Both the position numbers and the translations under genes were made by a program. Of a DNA stretch of 64,000 nt, positions 23,497 to 36,081 are shown piece by piece (position 1 is the stretch's first letter; the number at the start of each line of letters is the position of its first letter). The DNA is taken from positions 839,677-903,676 of the forward strand of contig OZ025652.1 in the NCBI GenBank assembly GCA_964019335.1, in the 5' to 3' direction. Under the pieces are notes generated by a model. The model worked only from the letters and a program-made list of their open reading frames with translations, searched no databases and was not told where the DNA came from. The DNA comes from Diplonema japonicum. Taxonomy: Eukaryota > Protista > Euglenozoa: Diplonemea.

Positions 23497-26400
23497 ATGG
23501 CACAGAATAAATTAAAAAATGGTAGCATCGTTAAAAGTCTACTCGGGGACATGAAAGTAAGGGATCGCGACTTGACACAGATAGAGAAAAAGCTTGGTGA
23601 CCGCGATAGGGTTATTAGCAGAAGACAAGAGGAACTCCGCAGTGTACTTGAAGTCTTGAAGGGAAGCGGGGACCTCAAGGCTGCGGTGGAAGCAGATGGC
23701 GTCCTCGACGAGAAGCTGGTGGAGCTATGCGAAGGTAAAAAGCGCGCTGCGAACCTGGAAGTCCTGCTAGAGAGCAAAACAAGTACAGTTGTCACAAAGC
23801 AGATGCACCTTCATGAATGGGAGACGAGACTCGATTCGCTGGGCTCAGAGCATTCGTCACTGAAAACGTTACTTATAGAGCGAGAGGAGAGCGTTCGTGC
23901 AAGAGAAGAATGCTTACGCAAGAGGATAGCATCCGTTGACCAACATGAGCTGGCCTTAACACAGCGCGAGGCTAGGCTGCGAGAGAGGACAGCAGCGTCT
24001 GAAGTGCGTGAGGCGTCATGTTCTCAAAAGGAAAGCACACTCGCCAACAGGGAACAAGTCCTTACAGAGGAGAGTAGTACTGTCGAAGCTTTGAAGAGAA
24101 AGACAACTGCAACCAAGAACGAGGTAGAGAGGCTATCGGCAGAGATCAAAATGCGGCAGGCTTCGTTGGCGCAAGCAGAAGATGCGTTAAACAGAAAAAG
24201 AATAGCACACACCGCGCGAGAGCAACAAAACCTTTCTCAAGAAGCAATAAATACTGCCATCACAAAAGAGCTGGCAATACTGAAGACGGACGCCGAAGAA
24301 CGGGAGAGGGCTTTGAGAGAAGCCGAAGCTAACGTGAGGCGCAAGGATGTCTCGCTTGCTGGCGCGGAGCTGAAGGCAGAAGTAGTTACCAAACAGAAAA
24401 TGACAAATGACGCTGCGGAAGCAGCCTTGAAAACACGCGAAGAGCACGTGTCCAAGATGGATCGGGAGCTGAAGTGCAGAGAGATATCGGTGCGTGATTA
24501 CGAAGAAATGCACAATACTAGGATGAGGGAGCTCCATGAGAGGCTGGAAGATGCAAAGGAGAAGCAGAACCTTCTCGATCAGCAACTAGAAGACTTGAAC
24601 AACGAAAAGCAAGTGACAGAGCTGTCTTTTCAAAGCATAGACGTAGCCAATGCGACAACTGAGCAGCAGCGAGATGGTCTCAAGCAATACGAAGAGGAGC
24701 TGGAGAAAAGAAAAGATGACTTAGAAGCAAAGGAACAGCGGCTAGCAGAGCTAGAGAAGAAGAACCAAGACACGCTAGATCGTGCAACGCGCTTGGAGGA
24801 GGCGACCACTAGCAAAGACCGTCACACCCGAGAACGAGAAAGGCTCTGTGACGACAGGGAGCGTAAACTCAATCAGAGAGAGTGCACAGTCACTAAGAAA
24901 CTGGCAGAAGCCGAGAGTGTACTGGCCAATGTAAATGCGTCTAGCAGCACGTCAGAACGAGGACTTTTTCCACATTACGACGCAGAAGAAGCACGCTTGA
25001 AGAAACGAAGAGAACTCCTCTCTGCCCGGGAGTCTGAGGTTGTTGAACGTCAAAAGCGGAATACCGACAGGGAGTGGAACCTAAAGCAACGTGAGGGGCG
25101 TTTGCTGAAATTCTTTGAAGACAAAGTGGACATGATCAACATTATGCTGGGAGATGCCAGGAACAAGCAATATAGGATGGATGCTGACTACTACCAGCAA
25201 GGCAAGAGATTGATTGAGAAGAAAGAAGCCTTCAAGAAAAGGCTTGCTGATTGTGAGGCACGTGAACGCCATCTGCAACAGAGAGAGAAGAACACGACGA
25301 GGGGTAGATCTGTTTTGGAAGCGGAGCTTACGCTACTGAAGGAGGAGTCTCTCGCGAAGACAACACGGCTCACAAAACTAGAAGAAGAATCGGCAGCTAC
25401 GAAGCTAGGTGTGAAAGAGCTGCACAGTCAACAAAGGCTGCTCCGAATTGAAAGAGAAGAAGTAGGCAAACTGAAAGATGAATGCTCAAAGGAAAAGAAG
25501 CAGCTCGAGTACGAGCGTAGTGAATGGGAAGTTGCGCTTGCTAACTGCAACGCAACACTTGCCTCTAAGGAAGAGGCTGTGGCACAGAAGGAAGTCGAAC
25601 TGGAATGCAAGCTGGAAGAGGTCCGCGAAACAGAACACCTTCTCGTCAACAGGAAGACCACCTTAGACGACTTTGATCGTGAGTTGCAAAGCAAGTCACG
25701 CGCCATCGATGAGGAGGCAGCAGTCCAGGCCGAGCTGATCGAAGAGCAACAAAGTGTGTTCAAGCTCAAGTCCAAGACACTAGACGAGGACGAAGCAGAA
25801 TTGCGATTGTCAAAAGAAGAAGTGGCAACGCTAGAAGCACAGCACGGGGAGTTGCACAAAAGGCTGAAGGACATAACAGCTAAAGAAACTAACCTGAAGC
25901 AGCAGCTCATGATGCTCGAACTCGACCAAGCTGACGTTGCAGACAGGAAGAGTAGGCTGATCAAGGACGAAGCAGAGTTGCAGAGCCGGGAGGCTGAAGT
26001 TTCCAGAAGGGAGTCAGCGGCATGTTTCGCTGCTAGCCTCGAAAAACGGCTAGAAGATGAGAAGCAATCCCTCCAGCAGAGGGAAGCAGAATATACACTC
26101 AAAGAAGCAAGCATTAAGCAGCGGAAAGAAATACTTCACAGCCGAGAGGTGCAGCTGGAACACGAGCAACTGCTACTGCACACCCAGCAGCAAGATACGA
26201 TCCACAAGACAGTCATTTTGGAGACTCGAACAGAGAGCATTCAGCAACAAGAGAGCACTATCCAGGAGAAACAGAAGACGTTCGCAGCCAAAGAAAAGGA
26301 ACTCAAAGCATACTCCAACCGTTTGGATGCCTCGTCAAGCGATCTATCTGCACGGGAGGAGCGCCTCGTTGCTGACGAGAAACAAAATAGAGCTGTCCTT

Positions 26401-29400
26401 CAGGCAGAGGAGAAGGCTTTGGAGCGCAAGAAGCAGCAGCTGGAGGAACGGGAAAAAAGCCAACTCGAGCTCGAGATGTCACTGCGGGAGAGGGGACAGG
26501 AAGTGCATGAACAAGAAATCAAGCTTAACCAAGAAAACATGATATCTAACAGTAGGAGAGAAGAAGTACAACACCAAGAAAATGTAATGCGTACGACAAA
26601 GGAAGGCCTAGACCGCCAGGAGCTATTGTTGAATGCAAAACTGGAAGAAATCACAAAGAAGGAAGAGCAAATGCACTCGGAGCAAACAGCACTCAACGCG
26701 TTGAGGAAGAAATTTTCTTCTTTGAAGGAGTCCACAGAACGAGAGCTCTGCGAGAGAGAAGACATTGCATCAGAGAAGGAATCCCAACTGAAAATCTTGG
26801 ATGAATCTTTGAATACCTTGAAAATACAGCTGGGAACCTTGCAGGACGAGTTGCGGATGAAAGAAAAGGAATTCGAGAAGGTCACGCAATATGTAGAGCA
26901 CACGAAAGTGGAGAACCAACAGGAAAGGTGTGCACTGGACGAGCAGATGTCTCTCTTGAGGCGTGAACAAGCTGATATCGAAACCTTTAAGACGGAATTG
27001 GAGCACAGGGATCACAAAGTAATCACGTTGGCACGCGAGCTAGAAACTGCAAAATACAGCCTGCAAGCTAAGGAAGAGGCATTCCGTGCTTATGAGGAGC
27101 AGCATCACCTGGATGCGGAAACCGTTTTGTCTGATCAAAAGGAACGCGAGGCATGCCTGCAACAGAGGGAGCGAGACGTTACGGCCTTAGAAGCGAAGAA
27201 TCAGATGTTGCAGGAAACCCTTTCCGCTAGTGAGACACACATTTCAAAGATGCAGGCAACGCTGACTTGCTCTCAGGCAGCATTTGAGAAGAGCCTTCAA
27301 GAAGTAGCAGCAAAACAACAAGATGTTGAACGTAAAGAACAACGAATGCAAGAATCTCTTGCTGCGCTCGACGAGAACGAGCAGCGTCTCATAGCAGTTG
27401 ACAAGGAGCTCAAAATAGCAAGACGCGTTTTGGAGGAAGCCCAAGCATCGTGGAAGACAACGCAAGTGAAGCTTGACAGTGAACATTCAGCACGGGCACA
27501 AGCAATGGCAACCATGGAAGACGATCTCAGGGTTAAGCTGGCGAATGTTGTGAAGCACGAGGCCGAGCTCTCTAGCAGCAACGAAGTAGCCAGTAAGCAA
27601 CAGGCAAAGCTTGAGTCCCTGATTCAAACACACGAGACACAGCGGAGCGAGCTGCAACAGAAAGAGCTGGAACTGGCTCAGCTAACAATGGACCTGCAGA
27701 TGAGAGAACGGACAGTGGCTGACGAGGTGCGCCAGAAAGTCAAAGAGCAGACTGACTCACTGAACGCGAGGTCGTCAAGACTTGACGCCATGGAAGCATC
27801 CCTCCAGCAAAAAGATGCCAATTTGGCCCGCACCACCTCCATCTTGGAGACAAGAGAAGCACACCACTCTGCAGATACAGAGGCCTTCAAAATGCAGCAA
27901 GCGACGCTGCTAACAATGCAAAAAGAGCTCAATGACAGGGGTGAGGAACTCGCGAGAAGGGAAGTTGCTTTGCGTGGTGCTGAGCAAAAGCTTATAGCCG
28001 TGACTAAGCGGGAAGAGGAGCTCAGAGATACGGAGACGCATGTTACAAATATCAAGCATGAAATAGAGAAGCGTGCAGCAAGCATCAAGCAGCAGCAGCA
28101 AGATACTGACAAGGCTCATAGAGAGGTAATGAACCAAAAGGAAGTGCTGCAGAGCAGAACAGCCCAGATTTCCAAGCACAGGACAGAATTGGACGAGCAG
28201 CAACGTGCCTTTAAAACCAACCACGATGCCTTTATCAGGGAACAGAAGAAAATGCAGCACCTTGAAGAATCTCTGAAAGAGAGGGATGCTGCCCTGACAT
28301 TGTCTCATGAAAAGCTGGTACGGATGCAAGCAGAGTTGACTGCCAAGGAGGGCTCTGTCCGGGATGCCCTTGTCCAACATGAGAAGAAGAGCAGAGAGAT
28401 GGAAACTCAAAAGGCAGCTTGCAACGAAGCGCACAGAGTGCTGAATGAAAAAACAGAACTCCTGACACGAGAGAGCGCAGCGTTCCGTGCTGAAAAGGAA
28501 GCAGCATCCTACGATCTGCACACGTTGACTGCGCTGAAGCTCGAGATCGAGACACGGCAAGAACAGCTTAGTGACACGGAGAGCAAAGCGATAACCGTTC
28601 GTGCAAAGGAAGAAGAGTTGGCCAGGCACGAAAAGGAATTAAGTGGTGCACTGGATACCGCAAAAGTAGAGCAGCAACGCGTAAGTGAACTGAAATACGA
28701 ATACGAGCTAAGGTTGAAAAATGTCGAGCAGCGAGACGTCGAACTTCGTGAGAAAGAGCACGGTATCGAGGCAGCACTTCAAAAGGCACGAGAGAAAGAA
28801 GCAGCTGCCGACGCCAAGAGTGTTGCAGCTTCGAAGTTGGAGAGCAGATCGATGGAACAGGAACTGGAGCTCAACGAGAAGGAAAGTAACCTAGGCGCGT
28901 TGACCAGTACGCTGCGAGAAGAGCAAGATGCCAATGTAGAAGCCGCAAGACGCTTGCGGGATGAGGTCCGTGCCTTCGAAGAAGACGTTGAGAAAAAGAT
29001 GCTGCTGGTGGAGGAGAAGATCCAGAGAGCCGACAACGACGCGCTGAAGGCAGAAGTCTTGGAGAGAAAAGCGCAACAGATGTTGCTAGATGCACAAGCA
29101 GCCGAAAGCGAAGCCGCTGAAGCAGCGCTTGATCTTGAAAGGAGAAAAAACTACTTACAGCAACAAAATAAAGAAGAATCGGAGCGGGTGCACAAACTTG
29201 AAGTTGGCCTCCTGCAGTATGAGCAAACTCTCCATGTTAGAGAAGAACAAATACGAAAAGAAGAAGAAGCCCAGAAGAGACGAGAAAGTGATGCAAGGCA
29301 GACATTAGCAGCAAAGGAAAGTACCGTGAGGGTTCTAGAGACAGATGTGAGACGTGGGAGAGAAGAGACAGCCAAGAGAAACAAGCAACAAAATTCTAGA

Positions 29401-30842
29401 GACCACGAACTAGAGGAAAAGGAACGCCTACTAAACAGCAAGGAAGAAGCACTAGAAGAAAGGGAACAAGAGGTGACGAACAGATGGAAAACCCTCATGA
29501 GGGAAATGGAAACACATGGTAAGAAAGAACGAGATACTACTGTGTCTCTGAAGCGAGAGGAGCGCCGTCTCACCGCTTTGAAAGACAACCTGCAGCGCAA
29601 GGAAGGCCAATTGCTGGGAAGCAGGCACAGCTTGCGCAGGACGCTTGGTAGTGTTGATAGTGTCGTCTCATCGCCGTCGACCGTCCCTGCACGGCTGCAT
29701 TCTCCTCGGTCTTTCCCCCCTACTTCTGTCTCTCCTTCGCCAGATTGTGACTTCCCAGAAATTAGAAAAGCATACTCTGCGAGTTCATCGCCGTCACTGC
29801 GTGAGCCTTCCTCCGGGGAAATGAACATTGTACTGCTTACACGATGCTGGGGGAGGTGGGTGGCTGCCATGCACGTCGGAAGACTTGGAGACATGTTCTT
29901 CAGGCACAAGCAGGACATGAAGTTACGCTCCGCCTTCTGCAAATGGTCACTACGGAGCCTGCAGGTGGTTAACAAAAAAGATGCTTCCGTTCGGAGGAGC
30001 CAGATAAGGCACGCGCAACGTGAGATCGAAAGACTCGGAGAGAAGGTGTTAGAGAGCAGCGTAGAAAAACGAGGTCTTCTGCACGGCAACCGAAAGGCAA
30101 CTGCAAAACTGCAGAAGCTTTGTGATGCACTACACAAGGGCAGCGTGAGATACCTGCTCGCAAGGTGGATGCTCAGGTGGCTCAGCAAAGTGACAATGGT
30201 GGGACTTGTTGAGTATAGCAAAATGGAAGGGCGTCTCGAGGCTCTGGAGTTGATGCAGACACCGGACAAGGTTCACACGGGCCACCATGCCTTTGCAAAG
30301 CTGGGGATGGATGTTGCTGATCGGCTTCACCGCTGTTCGCTGTGTACATCACGTGTCATGGTGACGTCTGTACCCAGCGGTCCCGCCTCTGAGGCTGGCA
30401 TCATTGCTGGTGATATGATTGTGGCTGTGGGCTCGGAGCGAGTGACTTGTATCTCTGACTTACGCAGTGCTATTATGACGTACCCTCCTGGAGCACCTTG
30501 TGCTATACAGCTGTGCAGGTTGGTAAAACTGCACTGGGTGAAAGTGTATTCATATCAGAACAAGGCGTCTGTAGTGCCTGCTGGTACCCCAAGCCCTCTC
30601 CCGTTGTCTGCATCGTCGTCTCCTCCTGCTCGTGATTATGCAATCTCAGTGACCCCCATGTATGCTATCATACCACTAACACCACTTACAGGAGTGCCAT
30701 GTCCGGCCGTTCAGCTTCTGCTCTTTCTATCAACCCTAAGCCGCCCCCGCCTGTAGATCAAGTATGTCTTTAAGAACTTAATAAACTTGCACAGGTATAC
30801 GACTTATCACAAAAGATCGCAATCCCACCAGACAGGCATTGA
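23497..30842 (+). CDS. Giant coiled-coil protein with C-terminal PDZ-like domain; probable introns 30523-30558, 30660-30691, 30762-30794
   Basis: About 2000 aa of E/K/R/Q heptads, then KLGMDV...GPASEAGIIAGDMIVAVG (PDZ-like). 3' exons inferred from GT..ACAG/TCAG boundaries. Confidence 0.8.
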
Positions 30843-31194
30843 CCTGTCCATCATTTAGAGTCACACTCGTATTAAGTGTGGTGTGCGCCATGACTCTCGT
30901 GGAGAGAGGCTAACACCAACAAGTAATACGTCAAACAACCGACATCGACACTTGTCGTGTTGGATCCCTAATTAGATTTTAGTTTCTGCAAGCACTGCTT
31001 CCTTTGGAATAGCGCAGCTGGCAGGCAACTAAGTTGCCTTTATTGATTTTGTACCAAGCACTGAACTCCTTTTTTATAAAAAAGGTATCGCCGTACCTCT
31101 TTTCCTAAGTATGATTCCTGTATCCGTTTGCTTTTCCTTAATTCTCATTTTTTTTAATTGTTGCTTTTCTTTAAGCAAGTGTCGTCAGCTAAAT

Positions 31195-33891
31195 ATGATT
31201 GGAAGTGTTACGAGTATTGCTCCGAAGGGGCTTTCAGACTTCATCCGCCCACATGGAGGGGAGCAGGTGTTGAGGCAGAAGCAGAGCTTTAGGGATGTGA
31301 CACAGTTCTGGGAAGATCTGGAACACGAGTTGTCATGGATGAAGCCGCATGTGCAAGGGCTCACAAAAGAGCAGCTTAAGGAGAGGAGGAACCAAATCGC
31401 TAAGGTTGACGACAGCAATCCAATTTGGTTGGAGGCACCCCTCCGAAGGCTGCGCATGCAGATGACACCCACTGACAAAGACGGTCTCGTGGCACCTGCA
31501 GTTGCAACAAGCAGGGAAGACCCCAAGGAGGCCGAGGCGCGCGCCTTCCGAAAGGTAGTGGACGTGCTCAGCATGTGGGATGCTGATGCGGTGCGTGACC
31601 CAGAACAGTTCGTGATCACGCTGCAGCAGGTACTGAAGCACAGCCATGGCATCAAAGCCTCGCAGGAGGTGGGGGGCATGAGTCTCTTGCTGCACGTCAT
31701 CAAGCAACAGAATGTGCGCAACGCGGAGCTACTTCTCGACTGCTGGGGTTTCGTTCTCTTCGAGTTCAAGGAAATGGTTGCCCAACTGTCACCTCTTGTG
31801 CGCTTTATGGATGAGATGAGAACACCCATATTCAAGAAATTCCTCAAGACGACACTCATCTTTGTGAAAGATTTCTTCCCTAAAGAAAGGGTAGAGGGCT
31901 TTAATCTGTATCTCCTTGGAGAGGTAAAAGGGGCTCTGCTGAGGGAGATGATGCGAAACCTACAGAAATACGACCCCGAGGGTACTATTATAACCTATTT
32001 GCAAGAAAAGCTCTATCCAATTGCTGAGAAGGCGCTAGCGTTGGTGGAGACGAACGTCGATCGTGTCATGCTCCAGGATATTGCGGACAAGATGAAGTTC
32101 TGCAGAATGTTGGCCAGCGGGATCTTTACAGAGGGCTGCGTCAAGTTGCAGCTTACTGCTTTCTTGGAGGCCTCGAAGCCTGTGGTGGACATGTTGCTTG
32201 GTTTTGATGCAGATGAAATGGCAAAATTCCTGGGGTTCAACCCCGCAGGCGCACCGGTCCATGGAGTCCCGCCTCCAGCGGCGATTGCTCCTGTCGTGCC
32301 TCCAGCTCCGCCTGTAGCAGGGGTCGCACCGCCGCCTCCTCCTGCCGGCAGCATCCCGGTACCCCCACCCCTTCCACCTGCAGGCTGGACACCGATGTCT
32401 GCTCCCCCTGCCACACCTGCTGTCGTTCCACCTCCGCCTCCTCCACTTCCTCCTGCTGGGATGCTTGCAATGCTCGCTAGTCAGCAGGGAGTGCAGCCCA
32501 GACTCTTTCCTTCTAAAGCACTTGAGCTCAAAAGATTTTTCAGATGCATGGTGCATCTGTGTTCCACGGTCGGAAAGTCAACGAAGCGCGCCGCGAAAGG
32601 GGAACTGCAGGTAATGCGAATCAAGAATTACATCCTGCCTGTCGCCAAAGGTGGCCTCTGGAAAGAGATAAAGGACGAACATCTGTCACAGTTGGAGCAG
32701 GACATCCAGTCAGTGCTCTCGGAGATCAAAGGCACGAATGAGATGGACGACGAAGAGACAAAACTGCTGACCTTGGTGTACATGGTAAAGGACCTTGATG
32801 CCACACCATGTGGTAATGAGGAAGAGACGGAAAAGAACGTCGCCAAGCTGAGGTGGCTAGTGGACAACATATACCTCCTGTACAACCACGAACACGCAGG
32901 GCAGGGTAACGGCGTTCTAATGAAGCTGACAAAATACTTCGCCGACGCAGGCCTTGATCCTCGGCGGAGAGTGGCCGTTTGGGAGACAATCATCGGTTTC
33001 AAGAACAAGTTCGAAGAGAGAGCCAAAACAACTGACGAGGTGCACAACCAGCTTGACCAACTTGTGAACGAGGACAGGATCCGTCAGCTCCTGATCTGCA
33101 CGCTCATGCACGGCAGGCAGATAGAAGGTGCTGGCATCGACGAAGATAGAATAGAGGCGTGCAGAAACGTCAGCAAGCATTTCGCCTTGTTGCGTCTCAT
33201 GATTGACAACTTATGCAAAAATTACCGAGGTATCTTGATACTTGACAAAGTACGTGAGATACTGCCGGCCATGTTGTCAATTCAGCAGAAGCTTAAGAAC
33301 AATGAATCGCTGCTGCAGCAGGAATTGGAGGGCATCCGTGCTGAGCTGGACAGTGACTTGTACAAAGATCTCCACGTTCAGTGCAGAGTAGTCAAGAGCT
33401 TGGTAAGCGAGGCAAAAGAAACCAAGAAGTATGTTGTAGAAGGCACCGTGTTCAATCTAAACATCGGCAATGTGCCTGAGACATCTCTGCTATACAGCTT
33501 AGCGATGACAGAGATGCCAGTGGGTGCTGACGAAGATGGGAACATAGAGCTGGACATCGACAGGAGGTTGTTCGGCTACGTGGCTACCTTCCTGAACAAC
33601 GGAGAGCTTCCTTCGGCACTGACAACTGATGAGTGGAACGGCTTGAAATACGTTGTGAACTACTTGGGGCTTGAGAACATGATGTCATTCATGGTGGAAT
33701 ACGACCACATTTATTACGACAAGCTGCGCCTGTTCGAAATCGAAGCAAACAGGAATATCGCCTCGATCTCACCGGTGGCAGATGACGCCATGAACACTCT
33801 AGAAGTTCTCACAGCACTGTTCAGACGTGTCAACATGATCTATGAGCACATCGACACAAGGAGCATCACAAACATATTTGCTTCTATCTGA
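31195..33891 (+). CDS. Formin-like protein (poly-Pro FH1-like, degenerate FH2-like) with KCTD-type BTB domain
   Basis: Several P5-P7 runs; GGLWKEI and IRQLLICTLMHG recall FH2; VEGTVF...DEDGNIELDIDRRLFGYVATFLNNGELP...VNYLGL is BTB/T1-like. Confidence 0.65.
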   Translation: MIGSVTSIAPKGLSDFIRPHGGEQVLRQKQSFRDVTQFWEDLEHELSWMKPHVQGLTKEQLKERRNQIAKVDDSNPIWLEAPLRRLRMQMTPTDKDGLVAPAVATSREDPKEAEARAFRKVVDVLSMWDADAVRDPEQFVITLQQVLKHSHGIKASQEVGGMSLLLHVIKQQNVRNAELLLDCWGFVLFEFKEMVAQLSPLVRFMDEMRTPIFKKFLKTTLIFVKDFFPKERVEGFNLYLLGEVKGALLREMMRNLQKYDPEGTIITYLQEKLYPIAEKALALVETNVDRVMLQDIADKMKFCRMLASGIFTEGCVKLQLTAFLEASKPVVDMLLGFDADEMAKFLGFNPAGAPVHGVPPPAAIAPVVPPAPPVAGVAPPPPPAGSIPVPPPLPPAGWTPMSAPPATPAVVPPPPPPLPPAGMLAMLASQQGVQPRLFPSKALELKRFFRCMVHLCSTVGKSTKRAAKGELQVMRIKNYILPVAKGGLWKEIKDEHLSQLEQDIQSVLSEIKGTNEMDDEETKLLTLVYMVKDLDATPCGNEEETEKNVAKLRWLVDNIYLLYNHEHAGQGNGVLMKLTKYFADAGLDPRRRVAVWETIIGFKNKFEERAKTTDEVHNQLDQLVNEDRIRQLLICTLMHGRQIEGAGIDEDRIEACRNVSKHFALLRLMIDNLCKNYRGILILDKVREILPAMLSIQQKLKNNESLLQQELEGIRAELDSDLYKDLHVQCRVVKSLVSEAKETKKYVVEGTVFNLNIGNVPETSLLYSLAMTEMPVGADEDGNIELDIDRRLFGYVATFLNNGELPSALTTDEWNGLKYVVNYLGLENMMSFMVEYDHIYYDKLRLFEIEANRNIASISPVADDAMNTLEVLTALFRRVNMIYEHIDTRSITNIFASI

Positions 33892-34089
33892 TGACGAGAA
33901 CTTGCCCTGTGCCCTAGCCTTCTTATCTGGCCTTGACGCTCATACTTTTCTGTATGAATATGAAGTCGGGTATTTGTTACGGCAGATAACTGAAATATCC
34001 CTAGCCCTAAGTTTTTGCCTCACCTCCCCTTTCATAAATTTAATCATTTGCGAAAACAAGCACCTTCAGGAATCGGTTCATGACATGAA

Positions 34090-36000
34090 ATGGTTAACTC
34101 CATTCACGGCCTGGCACAACATGAAGAGGAGCGGGTGAAAGAAGCCTTTTTGGTTAAGTCCGTGGTGTCGCGAGATGGGGTAGCAGAGTTCTTAAGAGCT
34201 TTAGCGATCGTGCCTGTGGAACAAGAGATACAAGCAACCATGTGTAAATATGGGGAAGACGACGCACTTGAGTTGACAGAGCTTATCGATTTAGTTCGGC
34301 GACATAAGATAGCATTTAGAAAACAACAAAGCGACAGAAAGACGTTGGAGGTGCTGGACACATTCCACAGCTTGGGAGGCAGCACGGACGAGGATGGCAC
34401 CATCGGTACCTCAAAGATAGAAGATATTCTCAGGCAGTTCCCTGTTTCTTCAAAAGTAACACATGGGTTCGATACAAGCCATTCTTTCGACTCTATTTGC
34501 AAGTTCCTTTACCCCCCGAGCGAAGAAGAGACCGTTTCTATTTTTAAGAAACTCGGCGCCAAAGAGGACCACACCGGCATGCTCGTTCTAACTGTGACCT
34601 CGGACCTACGGAAGTTAATCCCGATGACAGATTCGATTTCTAAGTTGGAAGGGCACAGTATATATTTAGAAACTTTCAAACAGCTACTCCAGACAAGCGG
34701 CAGTGAGCTTAAGCTGGCAGAACGAGCTAGAAGGCAGGCCCTTTACAATGAGATTGTGAGACGTATGTCAACAGTCCCTGAAAGGCAGTCCAGCTCTTCC
34801 CCTGTTGGCAGTCCCCGGCTCGACGAGTCGACTTCGGTAACGGAATCGGAGCAAAGTTTCAACATTCTTCCTGAGAGCCCGCAAGAAGGGGGGCGACTAC
34901 TTCCTTCTAGATCCCGTAAATTTATCCAATATCGCAAGCGCTCCAGCTGCACAAGCAAACAGACAACGCCGTGTCCTCCGAAGAGGAAGCCTGAGCGTCC
35001 ACCACAGCGCAAGCCATTAATCCTGAAGAGGCGTGCTGAAGACCTTCCTCGGTATCAGCGTCCGCATCCCAAGGCTGTCTATATGCCTGTTATGAATGGT
35101 ACATGGGAACAGATCTATGTTCCCAAATCCCAACGGAATATTTGTCCCAGCGACATAGATCTTGACAGCCCTGAAACCGAACAGTCGCCTCTCATGCTCA
35201 TTAATACACGGCCACTTGATACCTGCAGTTCAATTGACTGTTACACAACTTTCAGAAACAAGCGCCCTGCTGCAGCACCTCTGAAACTCAAGAGTGACAT
35301 GCCGCGAGTTGCCTGCCGTGTGATGCATCTGTTGGAAGACCTTACTTCCCAAAACATTGCAAAATTGCAATTCCACAAAAAGATCATACCTCAAGTGGTA
35401 CCATGCTTTTTGTTGCTTGTGGGATGTGTGTGCGCCTCTGCTGTTCCAATGCGGACCTCTGTGGTAGGGTTGCAAAGCGTGATGCGCATGTATTTTGCAA
35501 ATCGTCTTTTGAAGCGAAAGAAAGGTGCACTTGAGCAAAAATTACAGCAAGATATCAAAGCAGACGCACTGGCAACTTTAAAGCAATGGAGCAGAAAAGT
35601 GGCGCAAGATAAGGCCTTTGTAAGAGAGCTTACTAAAGCTCGTGAAAGGCATCGTCTAAATGTTCGTAAGAAGAAGGCAGCACTGAACCTGCAGCGTGTG
35701 GCACGCGCCATGGTCAGCAGGGAGGAGGCATTTAACTACTATGCTTACATCGAGCAACGCAATAGAAAAATTATGAACACGAAGCAAAAGTCACGCCGAG
35801 GGGCTGCTGCTATCATTTCCAACTTCATCCGCTTAGCACGGTCAAGGGACAGCTTGCAGTCGATGCAAAGTAGAATCCTAAAAACTCGCATCATCGAAGA
35901 ACGTTTGGATGCTGCAGCTTGCCTGCTGCAGCAGTTCGCAAAATGCTGCATAGCTATCAAACTTGTTAAAAGCACGAAACCGCTTGGCTTCGTCGGGTGA
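34090..36000 (+). CDS. Protein with degenerate EF-hand-like N-terminus and IQ-like motifs
   Basis: VKEAF...FLRAL and FHSLGGSTDEDGTI (calmodulin-like); AALNLQRVARAMVSR and AACLLQQFAK are IQ-like. Confidence 0.6.
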   Translation: MVNSIHGLAQHEEERVKEAFLVKSVVSRDGVAEFLRALAIVPVEQEIQATMCKYGEDDALELTELIDLVRRHKIAFRKQQSDRKTLEVLDTFHSLGGSTDEDGTIGTSKIEDILRQFPVSSKVTHGFDTSHSFDSICKFLYPPSEEETVSIFKKLGAKEDHTGMLVLTVTSDLRKLIPMTDSISKLEGHSIYLETFKQLLQTSGSELKLAERARRQALYNEIVRRMSTVPERQSSSSPVGSPRLDESTSVTESEQSFNILPESPQEGGRLLPSRSRKFIQYRKRSSCTSKQTTPCPPKRKPERPPQRKPLILKRRAEDLPRYQRPHPKAVYMPVMNGTWEQIYVPKSQRNICPSDIDLDSPETEQSPLMLINTRPLDTCSSIDCYTTFRNKRPAAAPLKLKSDMPRVACRVMHLLEDLTSQNIAKLQFHKKIIPQVVPCFLLLVGCVCASAVPMRTSVVGLQSVMRMYFANRLLKRKKGALEQKLQQDIKADALATLKQWSRKVAQDKAFVRELTKARERHRLNVRKKKAALNLQRVARAMVSREEAFNYYAYIEQRNRKIMNTKQKSRRGAAAIISNFIRLARSRDSLQSMQSRILKTRIIEERLDAAACLLQQFAKCCIAIKLVKSTKPLGFVG

Positions 36001-36081
36001 CGCACGTCTTACGAGGTGCGACTGTTATTAGATTCATATCAACGCAACACACAATCATTCAAGTGACTACTACAGGAAACA

